A DNA stretch of 32,000 nt, taken from NCBI GenBank assembly GCA_037441475.1, contig JBBISB010000001.1, positions 456,418-488,417 of the forward strand. Direction: 5' to 3'. Below the pieces are notes generated by a model. That model had not been told where the DNA came from and did not search any database. It was given only the letters and a program-made list of their open reading frames with translations. This DNA is from Candidatus Iainarchaeum sp. GTDB taxonomy: Archaea; Iainarchaeota; Iainarchaeia; Iainarchaeales; CSSED10-239. Numbering within the stretch: position 1 is the first letter of the stretch; each line of letters begins with the position of its first letter. Shown here in pieces: positions 17,669 through 26,466 of the stretch. The position numbers were made by a program, and so were the translations under genes.

Positions 17669-17738
17669 AGTTTTTTCCTTATATAATTAATATATTTATA
17701 TATATGATAGAAAGGGCTTAAAAAGATTTTTGTTTTTT

Positions 17739-18083
17739 CTAAATTGAAGAGTAAGCTATAATAGAAAGTGCGCTTACAATTGAGTATGATAAATGCCATT
17801 GCCAATCATCGTTCTTTTTAATATATAAAAAATAAATCCCTATTAAAACAAATAAAAAAGCAGTTAAAAAATAAATTGCCTTGAAGTTAGCTAAGTAAAA
17901 CAAATATAAATTATAAGCAACTATAATGTAAGCAAATATTTTGTCTAGCCGCTTAAATTTATTTTTATTTGAGAGATGGTAAAGTGTAGAAAAAATAAAA
18001 AGCAAGAGTGTAAGCCCTGCGTAAACATATATTTTATAGTGTGTGCTTAAAAGTAAGGGTATTAAAAAAAACAATTGCTCCAA
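17739..18083 (-). CDS. Small polytopic membrane protein, function unknown
   Basis: 114 aa with about four hydrophobic helices. STLYH...RLDKIFAYII weakly recalls the hemolysin-III/PAQR motif, but the protein is only half that family's length. It has a TTG start in the ORF track. Confidence 0.45.
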   Translation of the reverse strand: MEQLFFLIPLLLSTHYKIYVYAGLTLLLFIFSTLYHLSNKNKFKRLDKIFAYIIVAYNLYLFYLANFKAIYFLTAFLFVLIGIYFLYIKKNDDWQWHLSYSIVSALSIIAYSSI

Positions 18084-18115
18084 ATCTCAGAAGTTATTTT
18101 CATATTTTTCTTAGT

Positions 18116-19220
18116 TTAAAGATATTTACTTTTTCCTGTACTCACAATAAGTATTTTTTTTGTTTTTGGTATTTTGTTTTTTATTTCTAAAAATAAAGCA
18201 AGACCCGCCGCTGCAGATGGTTCAAAAGAAACACCTTGAGATTCTAAAATGTCGCTTGCTTCTTTTAAATATCTTTCCTTAAAAACAAGTACGTCAGAAG
18301 AAGGTCCAAAAATCCAGAAAACTTATATGTTTTTAACCACTATTCACTATAACGCACAAAAGGAAGGTGTGGAGAATAAAGTTTATCTGCTTTTGTTTTT
18401 TATTATTTGTTGTAGCTCCAAAAAAAATTACATCTTTTTAAAATATTAACATTTCCTTTAAATCTAGGATCGTGATTTTTTGTAGATACTTCTTTTTTTG
18501 TAATGTTTAAAATATTTTCAAATAAATTACCGGTTCCAAAAGGGATAAAACAATAGTCCGGAGAGGTATTGATTATCTCGTAACTCAACCAATCATAAAA
18601 CCTACTTGTTGGGTCAAGATCCTCATTTAAGGTGATGTCAAAACCTTCTTGATTATCAGTTATCTTAAGAATGTCTTTCCCTGATAATTTTTTTAAAGAT
18701 AATTTTTGTTTGTATATCGCGCAACCTATTCTTTCAAGGCTTTTAACTATGTCTGGTGCTATTTTTCATCAACAATCACCTTTAAGTTAGGTAGGCCACA
18801 TTTTCTAAGTTGTGATTGTATGGCGTAAGCAGCTGATCCAGAAGATATATTGACATAACAGGTAACTTTTCAATAAGCCCCTCTTTCTTAGATTTCAAAA
18901 AACTTTTGTATGTGACAATTATCTCACAAGCCATTCTATCTTTATGTGTACCAGGGGGTTATAACTTTCATCTTTTAAATAAACATTATTATAACCAGGT
19001 ATCTTTATTTTATAAGTAGGGGTTGCAGGAAATTTAGGGTCATCAGATGGAAACTCAGGTTTTCTGGATTATTTTCTGATGCAACCTTTATTTTCTTAAA
19101 GATGATTTCCTCTTTTTTTGTAAGGCTCATGCTTTTTTCTTTTTGTAAGTTTTTTTTAACTTTAGTATCTTCTTTTTTAACATCTTCAGTTGTTGGTTCT
19201 AAAGCTTCTTCTTCATTCAT
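18116..19220 (-). pseudogene. Heavily decayed fold-type II PLP-dependent enzyme (threonine synthase / TrpB-like superfamily)
   Basis: Minus-strand translation tiles across frames in six pieces. Piece 1: MNEEE...KKIKVASENNPE. Piece 2: KPEFPSDDPKFPATPTYKIKIPGYNNVYLKDESYNP. Piece 3: GTHKDRMACEIIVTYKSFLKSKKEGLIEKLPVMS. Piece 4: ISSGSAAYAIQSQLRKCGLPNLKVIVDEK. Piece 5: IAPDIVKSLERIGCAIY...DYCFIPFGTGNLFENI. Piece 6: GPSSDVLVFKERYLKEASDILESQGVSFEPSAAAGLALFLEIKNKIPKTKKILIVSTGKSKYL*. The PLP-lysine motif (NP-GTHKDR), the SSG segment and the C-terminal EPSAAAGLA...TG motif are all recognisable. There are at least six frame changes, several at homopolymer runs such as the G5 at 18953-18957 (C5 on the coding strand). 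ORF-track fragments 19005..19220 and 18403..18588 are pieces of this gene. Confidence 0.7.
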
Positions 19221-19232
19221 TTTTTTTAAAAA

Positions 19233-21245
19233 CTATTCTTTAGTAACACACTTATGATTCAAACACATCTCATATGTTTTTCCTCTTTTAGAAGAAACTT
19301 TTATCATAGGCGAACCACAACTTTCACAAAATTTATCTTCAATGGTTGAAACTACTTTATTCTGAGGTAAAGGAAAGGTGTTTCTACATGCAGGAAAACC
19401 AGAGCAAGCAACAAACTGTTTTCCTGTTCTTCCATGTCTAATGATTAACTTCTTTCCACATTTATTACATTTTCCAATATAATTATTATCAGCAATACCA
19501 GTTCTAAGTTCCTTTGCAATGTCGTCCTTTTCTTTAAGTAATATTTTTATTATTTCATGAAGTATTTTTCTTGTATCGTTTATAACTTCTTCCTTCTCTT
19601 TATTTCCAGTTGCAACTTTTTCCATGTCCTCTTCAATATCAGCAGTAAGCTTAGGTTTAGTAATAACATCAGCGTGCTTATTTAAAACACTGCATACAGA
19701 AATTGCAATTGCCGTTGGTTCAATTTGTTTTTCTGGTTTAATATACCCTCTGTCCCTAAGCTTCTGAATAATAGCTGGCCTTGTAGACTTAGTCCCAAGA
19801 TTTTGTTCTTCCATAAGCTTAATTAAACCGCCTTCAGTGTATCTTGGTGGAGGAGTTGTAACCTTCTTATCTAAAAACATTTCTTTAATATCAACAACAT
19901 CTCCTTTTTCAAGAGGAGGTAATATAACTTCGTTAAGTTTAGAATAAATATATATTTTTTTCCACCCTGGTTCTAAAATAATTTGTCCTGTAACAGTAAA
20001 TGGTTCTTTTAAAACATCAATCATAACAGATAAATTTTCTGTCTTTGCATCAGTTGAAAGTGTAGCTAAAAATCTTCTAACCACTAAATCATATATTCTT
20101 TTTTCAGTTCCTGATAAATCAACTGCAATATCAACCGGATAGATTGGTGGGTGATCAGTTGTTTCTTTATTTCCTCTAGATGGCTTGATTGGTTTTTTTA
20201 AAATCTCTTTAATATCTCTTTCATATTCCTTATGCCCAGCAAGCTTCTCTAAAATGCCCTTAAAATCAAGGCCTGACTGGTAAACTGTGTTGTCTGTCCT
20301 AGGATAACTAATAATTCCTCTTTGATATAAACTTTCAGCAGTGTTCATTGCAGTGGTAGTCCCAATACCAATCGCGCTTGCACTTCTTAAAAAATTAGTG
20401 GTGTTAAATGGTTCTGGTCTTTTAAGTATCTTTTCAGATTTTGTAACCTGTGTAACAGTTCCATTCTTTGCATCTTTTATTTTTTCATAAATCTTATCTG
20501 CAACTTCAATATCAAAAAATTTATTTGTTTTATGGGTCCCTTCAAACATAACTTTGTCTTTTTCAAACAACGCTCTCAAGACCCTATACTTTTCTTCTTT
20601 AAAGTTATTTCTTTCAATCTCTTTATCCACAATAAAGTTTAGTAAAGGTGTCTGTACTCTTCCAGCAGACAAGAATAATTTTCCTTTTCTATTAGATATT
20701 ACTGATAAATATCTAGTAAGTATAGCTCCCCACAAAAGATCAATCTCTTGTCTTGCAAAAACTGAATAAGCGTAATTAAAATCAAGTTTTCTTAGTTTAG
20801 AAAAAGCATCATTAACTTCCTTATCTATCAAGGCGCTAAAGTATGCTCTCTTAACCTCTGCAGTTGGGTTTTTTAATTTAACATAATCATAAGCCTCAAG
20901 GCCAATAGCCTCTCCTTCTCTGTCTGCATCAGTTGCAATGATTATTTCTGTTAAGTCTTTTCTTTTTTCTTTTAAAAGTGCAATAATCCTTTTTTCAACT
21001 TCCTTATATACAAATTTTTTATCTGCAAGTAAATCTAGATTAAAAATACTCCAGTAACTATCTCCGTCTACAAAGTCAACTGTGTTTATGTGCCCTCTTA
21101 AAGGTATTAATAAAAATTCTTCATTATCTTTATTAAACTTAAAGGTATCAACACCATTATCCTTAAGTGTAGTAAATTTATTTTTAGAAAGTATGCTTGC
21201 TATCTTTTTACCTGCAATAGCTTTCTCTGAAATAATCAACTTCAT
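19233..21245 (-). CDS. topA: Type IA DNA topoisomerase (topoisomerase I/III family) with C-terminal zinc ribbons
   Basis: 670 aa. It has an N-terminal Toprim domain (MKLIISEKAIAGKKIA...IIATDADREGEAIG) and the active-site Tyr region (GIISYPRTDN). Two C-terminal Zn ribbons are present (CNKCGKKLIIRHGRTGKQFVACSGFPACRNTF and CESCGSPMIKV...CLNHKC). Confidence 0.92.
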   Translation of the reverse strand: MKLIISEKAIAGKKIASILSKNKFTTLKDNGVDTFKFNKDNEEFLLIPLRGHINTVDFVDGDSYWSIFNLDLLADKKFVYKEVEKRIIALLKEKRKDLTEIIIATDADREGEAIGLEAYDYVKLKNPTAEVKRAYFSALIDKEVNDAFSKLRKLDFNYAYSVFARQEIDLLWGAILTRYLSVISNRKGKLFLSAGRVQTPLLNFIVDKEIERNNFKEEKYRVLRALFEKDKVMFEGTHKTNKFFDIEVADKIYEKIKDAKNGTVTQVTKSEKILKRPEPFNTTNFLRSASAIGIGTTTAMNTAESLYQRGIISYPRTDNTVYQSGLDFKGILEKLAGHKEYERDIKEILKKPIKPSRGNKETTDHPPIYPVDIAVDLSGTEKRIYDLVVRRFLATLSTDAKTENLSVMIDVLKEPFTVTGQIILEPGWKKIYIYSKLNEVILPPLEKGDVVDIKEMFLDKKVTTPPPRYTEGGLIKLMEEQNLGTKSTRPAIIQKLRDRGYIKPEKQIEPTAIAISVCSVLNKHADVITKPKLTADIEEDMEKVATGNKEKEEVINDTRKILHEIIKILLKEKDDIAKELRTGIADNNYIGKCNKCGKKLIIRHGRTGKQFVACSGFPACRNTFPLPQNKVVSTIEDKFCESCGSPMIKVSSKRGKTYEMCLNHKCVTKE

Positions 21246-21275
21246 CTTTTAACAATTCCTTTATAAGAGTATTTT

Positions 21276-21746
21276 TTAAAAAGTAGTTTGTAATATTTTA
21301 TTAGGTAGGCTCTTACTGTTCTTATGTTCTTTAAGTATACTTAATACATTTACCTTTATAAAACCATCAATGCCATAAATATTATCTAAAACAAGTTTAA
21401 GATCATTTTTATCTTGTGCAATTATTTTACAGATAATATTGTATTCTCCAGTAACTTCCACAACATTCAAGATATCTTCATTTTCTTTTAATTTTCTAAT
21501 AATTTCGTTTTTTTTAGAAGGGTCAACACATATCAGTAATTCAACAATTTCATGATATCCAATAACATTATAGTCTACTTCTGCAAATACGTTTTTAATA
21601 ATCCCTCTTTGTTTTAATCTTTCAAGCCTTTTCTTAATCGCTACATCTGTAAGGTTAATGTCTTTTGCAATATTTGCAAAAGATATTCTTCCGTCGTTGA
21701 TTAACTTTTCTATAATGTGCTTGTCAATTTTATCAATTATTTGCAT
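21276..21746 (-). CDS. Lrp/AsnC family transcriptional regulator
   Basis: 156 aa. It has an N-terminal HTH (DKIDKHIIEKLINDGRISFANIAKDINLTDVAIKKRLERLKQRGIIK) and a C-terminal RAM/ASNC-type domain. Confidence 0.85.
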   Translation of the reverse strand: MQIIDKIDKHIIEKLINDGRISFANIAKDINLTDVAIKKRLERLKQRGIIKNVFAEVDYNVIGYHEIVELLICVDPSKKNEIIRKLKENEDILNVVEVTGEYNIICKIIAQDKNDLKLVLDNIYGIDGFIKVNVLSILKEHKNSKSLPNKILQTTF

Positions 21747-21761
21747 AAACTATTACCTCTG

Positions 21762-22481
21762 TTATTTTAATTGGTGCCTTGGTTTTAATAAATTATATTT
21801 GTTAAGATATATTTCTGTTTTTAATATTTCAATAAACGGTATTACAAAGATTACAAAGAAAGCAGTGGAAAGAACAATTCCTGTTGCGCCTGGCACTAAA
21901 ACATCTATTAAGTTAGAAACAACTATTAAGATAAGTGCTGCTAAAAACAAAGTTATGAAATGGAACCAATTTCTTTTAAAATATTTAATACTTAATAAAA
22001 TAGATTTTGATATGCTTTCATTCTCTAAAACCATTATTTGTGGAACAAACCATAAACTCACTGATATTACTAAAAAGATTAATTGCACTATTATGTTATT
22101 AAGTATATTAAAATCATAAAAGATAGTTGAAATTAAAAATACAAGTAAGAAAAAAGCAAAATTAAATTTTAATAGTTTGTAAAAAACATTTTTAATTTTC
22201 TTAAATGGAACTGTTTCAGATATGTTGTAATCCTTACCAATCTTGTATATCAAAACACTCTGTATTAATGAATAAATAAACATTAAAATAAATGTTGTGA
22301 AAAGAACAACCACCATGTTTACAAAAGGCGCATTTGAAATATTATAGGATAAATTTAAAGTTCCTCCAAAAACACTTATCAAAGGATCTATGATGAAAAG
22401 TAGAAATATAAATAATATACTATAAGCAAAAGCTAATTTTGTGTTTTCTAAATATTTTTTAAAACTAAGTGTAATGTCCAT
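21762..22481 (-). CDS. Polytopic membrane protein, function unknown
   Basis: 239 aa with about six hydrophobic helices and no recognisable catalytic motif. The long antisense ORF 21658..22119 is a shadow of this gene. Confidence 0.6.
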   Translation of the reverse strand: MDITLSFKKYLENTKLAFAYSILFIFLLFIIDPLISVFGGTLNLSYNISNAPFVNMVVVLFTTFILMFIYSLIQSVLIYKIGKDYNISETVPFKKIKNVFYKLLKFNFAFFLLVFLISTIFYDFNILNNIIVQLIFLVISVSLWFVPQIMVLENESISKSILLSIKYFKRNWFHFITLFLAALILIVVSNLIDVLVPGATGIVLSTAFFVIFVIPFIEILKTEIYLNKYNLLKPRHQLK

Positions 22482-22568
22482 AAATAATCTCTTTTTCTTT
22501 TTTTTTAAAATAAGATATATTATATATTTTATATCAAATATTTTAAAAACCTAACCTTAATCCCTAAA

Positions 22569-23804
22569 TTACTTTGGATTTACAATTTCGCCTAATAAAT
22601 AGTATTTTTCAGCACCAATTATCTTTACTTTAAGCTTTTGCCCTATTTTTAAGGGTGCCTTAACTACAATTGACCTATAGTCATCACTTTTTCCAACCAT
22701 ACTTTTATTTTTACCAATTTCTGTGATTAATATCTCTTTTTCTTGCCCTACAAACCTCTTATTCTTATTAAAAACCATGTTTTCAAAAATAGTTGTTATT
22801 TTTCTTGACCTCTCCTTTTTTATGGTTCCAGAAAGATCTTTGTGCCTTAATGCTTCTATTTTTTTTCTTGTTCCATACCTTGAGATATTTATAAAATCAA
22901 AATTAATTTCTTGAATTACTTTTAAAGTGTTCTCAAACTGATTTTCATTTTCTGTAGGGTATCCTACTATAACGTCTGTTGCAATTGATATATCTGGAAA
23001 CTCTTTTCTAAAGTTTTTTACTATTTTTCTTACGTCTTTCACCGTATAATATCTATTCATCTCTCTTAAAACTTTATCGTCCCCTGATTGCAAGGGTATG
23101 TGAATGAACTTATATATCTTAGGATCTTTGTATACTTCGATTAAGTCTTTAAGAATATTTTTAAGGTGTTGTGGATTTCCCATACCTACTTTTATTTTAA
23201 AATTCTTTTCTATTTTTATAATTTCTTTTAAAAGTTTCACTAGATTTTCATTAATATCAAGGCCATAACAGGCATTATCTTGAGAAGTTAAAATTATTTC
23301 TTTAATATCAGGATTTTCAAGTTCTTTTTTAATTTCTGAAACAATTTCTTTAATTGGCCTGCTCTCTAATCTCCCTCTTGCAAACTTAACTGCACAGTAA
23401 TAACAGTTGCCTAAACAACCATTAGAAAGTATAATCGTCCTAGATATATTTTTATTTTTTTTGATTTCTTTTCCTTTGCCAATTATTTTTTCAATTTCTT
23501 TTTTTTCAGAAACTTTAAAGTACCTTGCACTAGGTAAGATATCTAGCATAGCTTGTTTATCGATATCTACGAGACACCCAAAGATAATTATTTTTTTTTC
23601 ATCTATCTTTTCTTCCTTTAATTGTTTAAGAAAGTTTAAGATACTTCTCTGGGTTTGTTCTTTAACCCCACAAGTATTTATTAGAATATAGTTTGCTTTT
23701 TTAGCTTCTTTTAGGTCAGTTGTAAATTCATTATCATTAATTACTGTTTCAGTATCTTTTTTATTTAGTGTGCAACCATAAGTTTTGACAAATAACTTTG
23801 GCAT
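22569..23804 (-). CDS. Radical-SAM tRNA methylthiotransferase (MiaB/MtaB/CDKAL1 family) with a C-terminal TRAM domain
   Basis: It has the UPF0004 N-domain (FVKTYGCTLNKKDTE...NTCGV), the radical-SAM CxxxCxxC motif (GCLGNCYYCAVKFARG) and a TRAM-like C-terminus. The ORF track starts at 23831. The internal Met (MPKLFVKTYGC, 23804) avoids overlap with the upstream gene's stop and gives the usual family N-terminus. Confidence 0.85.
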   Translation of the reverse strand: MPKLFVKTYGCTLNKKDTETVINDNEFTTDLKEAKKANYILINTCGVKEQTQRSILNFLKQLKEEKIDEKKIIIFGCLVDIDKQAMLDILPSARYFKVSEKKEIEKIIGKGKEIKKNKNISRTIILSNGCLGNCYYCAVKFARGRLESRPIKEIVSEIKKELENPDIKEIILTSQDNACYGLDINENLVKLLKEIIKIEKNFKIKVGMGNPQHLKNILKDLIEVYKDPKIYKFIHIPLQSGDDKVLREMNRYYTVKDVRKIVKNFRKEFPDISIATDVIVGYPTENENQFENTLKVIQEINFDFINISRYGTRKKIEALRHKDLSGTIKKERSRKITTIFENMVFNKNKRFVGQEKEILITEIGKNKSMVGKSDDYRSIVVKAPLKIGQKLKVKIIGAEKYYLLGEIVNPK

Positions 23805-23811
23805 AAAAAAT

Positions 23812-24234
23812 CTACTTTTTTTCAGTTGCAAGGATACCTATGCTGCCCGCTACTAAAAACTCTAAAAAAGCAGAGGTTAGAAACAACTTATAATTTGTAA
23901 AAACAAACTTAAATAGTTCTTTCATTGGAAGTTCATTTAGTCTTATGATGTTCCAGTAAAAGAAAAAAATTGCCAGGTAATATCCAAATATTCCAACCGC
24001 TAAAAAAATTAGCATAACATAATATTTGTTTTTAAGGTGCATGTAATCCATAACATAGGTAGTTATAAAAAACATTCCTAAAAAACCAACGATTGGAAGC
24101 AACATATACATAGGTGATTTAAAAAAATCGCCAGGTGTGATAAAATAAATCGTTGTGTAAGTTATAGCTATTGCCAATACAAATAAAATAATGGCCTTAA
24201 TATTTAATTTAATTTTTTTAATCATAATCATCAA
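23812..24234 (-). CDS. Small membrane protein (about 4 TM), function unknown
   Basis: This 140-aa hydrophobic ORF lies on the same strand as the methylthiotransferase and directly upstream of it. Confidence 0.55.
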   Translation of the reverse strand: MMIMIKKIKLNIKAIILFVLAIAITYTTIYFITPGDFFKSPMYMLLPIVGFLGMFFITTYVMDYMHLKNKYYVMLIFLAVGIFGYYLAIFFFYWNIIRLNELPMKELFKFVFTNYKLFLTSAFLEFLVAGSIGILATEKK

Positions 24235-24600
24235 TATTTAATATATACTTTATATGAAAGTAATTAAATACCTTTCTTTTAACTCTTATTATTTTTAAAC
24301 AAATTACTTTAAATATTTATTGTAGAATAATATTTGATTATGTGTGCGCTTAAGAAAAATCTTTTTTTATCTGTTAGTGGTACTCGTACATATCCTCGTG
24401 ATAAACCATCTTTAAAAAAAGAAAAATCTACAAGCAATTTTTTAAACGAGCATTTACTGGTTTTAATAAAGAGTATCTTATTAAGGCCATAAAAAACATA
24501 GGCATAGGTGCATTTTCAGTTATTTTTTCAAGGTTATCTCTTATTTTTTATTTCCAGAGAACATCGGATTATTTACAATAATTTTAACCACTTATTTTTA

Positions 24601-25391
24601 ATGCCTAAAATATATAAACAAACTAAGTATAATTCATTACTTTTTGGCCGGTCAAAAGAAATTAAAAAAAATGGTTTAAGTATGGTTGAGTTTTCAAGCA
24701 TACAAAAAAGTAAATTTAAAATAAATCAAGTGTATGCTGAAAACAGTGAGCTTATAGATACTTATCTTTTATTTTTTGTTGGTATTTTTATAACTGTTAT
24801 GTTATTTATTTTAATTGCACCTAGTAATCTTTCTAATCAAGTTTTCTCAAGCGAAGGGTGGGATAGTTCTCTTGTGCCATCTAAGTCTTTTGGTTTTGAA
24901 AATGTAGATAAGTTTGTTGTTTTTAAAGATATTATTGTAAACAATTTATCTGTACTTTTTGTGTGTTTCTTGTTTGCCTTGATTTTTCCAACCGCAGGAA
25001 TCTTAATTGTTGTTTGGAATGCTGTTGTATGGGGGTTGTTTTTACACAGTACATTATTACTTATAGTTCAATATATAAGGTAGCTTTTCCAGTTGTTTTT
25101 GTTTCTGTTTTCTGGAGCGCCATATCACATATCTTCTTAGAGGCAATGGGTTATTTCTTAAGCACAATCTCTGGTGTTGTTTTAGCCATATCTTTTAAAA
25201 ATGATTTTAATGATTACGATAGATTTTCCTTGGCTCTTAAGTACACTGTTGTTTTTTTAGCCTTCGCCATCTTGTTTGTAGTTATTGGTACAATCTATGA
25301 GTTATATGTTTATGATATTTTAAAAAATTTATTTTTTAGGATATGGTTGATTTATTTTTTTAACCCCTTAATCTGCGTTAATATTTATTAA
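24601..25391 (+). pseudogene. SpoIIM-like (stage II sporulation protein M / DUF95 family) membrane protein split by one frameshift
   Basis: ORF-track entries 24508..25083 and 24963..25391 overlap in different frames. The first carries FKDIIVNNLSVLFVCFLFALIFPTAGILIVVWNAVVWGLFL. The second carries AFPVVFVSVFWSAISHIFLEAMGYFLSTISGVVLAISF. Together they resemble the two conserved halves of SpoIIM-like proteins. The switch must lie within 24963-25083, where a G5 run (25031-25035) and a T5 run (25039-25043) occur. ATG 24601 is the likely start. Confidence 0.5.
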
Positions 25392-25474
25392 AGGGGTTAA
25401 AAAACATATTAATAAGGCTTATAAATATATTGTTTTACTATAAATATATTAATATTATATAAACGTGATTATTT

Positions 25475-26455
25475 TTGACCTTAAAAACAGACAACTCATT
25501 TCCCTGGACTGAAAAATACAGACCTAAGACCTTAGACCAGATGGTTGGCCAAAAACACATATTGCCAAGACTAAAAATGTATATAGAAAAAAAGAGTATG
25601 CCTAATCTTTTATTTGCAGGCCCGCCTGGTGTAGGTAAAACCTGTTCAGCTGTTGCTCTTGCAAAAGAACTTTTCCAAGGTAGCTTCTCTCAAGATTTCT
25701 TAGAGTTAAATGCTTCTGACGAAAGAGGTATTGGGGTTGTTAGAGGAGCTATAAAGGATTTCTCAAGAACCATTCCTTTAGGTGCAGACTTTAAAATTAT
25801 TTTTTTAGATGAAGCAGATGCCTTAACAGTTGATGCTCAACAAGCCTTAAGAAGAACCATGGAAAAGTATACTGGTACTGTAAGGTTTATTTTAAATGCA
25901 AATTATTCTTCTAAGTTAATAACACCTATACAAAGTAGATGCTCTTTGTATAAGTTTAAACCTATCTTAAAGGAAGATGTAAAAACTTACCTTACACACA
26001 TCCTAACAAAAGAGAATGTTTCTTTTGATGATGATGCCTTAGATGCAATTTATGATGTTTGTGAAGGGGATATGAGAAGTGCAATTAATTACCTTCAAGC
26101 CTCCTCTTCAATTAACGATAAAATAACAAAAGAGATTATCTACGAGGTATCAAACTCAGCCCAACCACAAGATATCTTTAACATGATAGATGCTTGTCTT
26201 TCTTTAGATTTTTTAAAAGCAAGAGGTTTTATGGAAAAACTTTTATTTGAACAAGGCTTAAGCGGAGAAGACATAATAAATCAAATCTATAAAAAACTGG
26301 TTGCTTATCCTGAGGAGAAAATGAGCATTTCAATGAAAATAAAAATAATAGACAGGATAGCAAAAATTAACTTTAGGTTAGTAGAAGGGGCAAACGACAG
26401 AATACAGTTAGAGGCTCTTTTAGCACAAATAATATTAATAAGTTCTAATAAATAG
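25475..26455 (+). CDS. rfcS: Replication factor C small subunit
   Basis: 326 aa. Motifs are PWTEKYRPKTLDQMVGQ, Walker A (FAGPPGVGKT), the DEAD-type Walker B (IIFLDEADALT) and SRC (QSRCSLYKF). The only in-frame start that preserves the conserved N-terminus is TTG at 25475. No intein is present. Confidence 0.92.
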   Translation: MTLKTDNSFPWTEKYRPKTLDQMVGQKHILPRLKMYIEKKSMPNLLFAGPPGVGKTCSAVALAKELFQGSFSQDFLELNASDERGIGVVRGAIKDFSRTIPLGADFKIIFLDEADALTVDAQQALRRTMEKYTGTVRFILNANYSSKLITPIQSRCSLYKFKPILKEDVKTYLTHILTKENVSFDDDALDAIYDVCEGDMRSAINYLQASSSINDKITKEIIYEVSNSAQPQDIFNMIDACLSLDFLKARGFMEKLLFEQGLSGEDIINQIYKKLVAYPEEKMSISMKIKIIDRIAKINFRLVEGANDRIQLEALLAQIILISSNK

Positions 26456-26466
26456 GTGAAAAACAA

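Noticed and set aside
18249-18449. Plus-strand ORF 18249..18449 as a small gene
   Set aside because: It lies antisense within the decayed PLP-enzyme locus, whose minus-strand translation explains the region.
24340-24492. A 50-codon ORF (MCALKKNLFLSVSG...) in frame with the SpoIIM-like ORF, considered as its true N-terminus
   Set aside because: Three stop codons within seven codons (TAA, TAG, TAG at about 24490-24507) separate it from that ORF. It has no recognisable features and is more likely non-coding promoter region.
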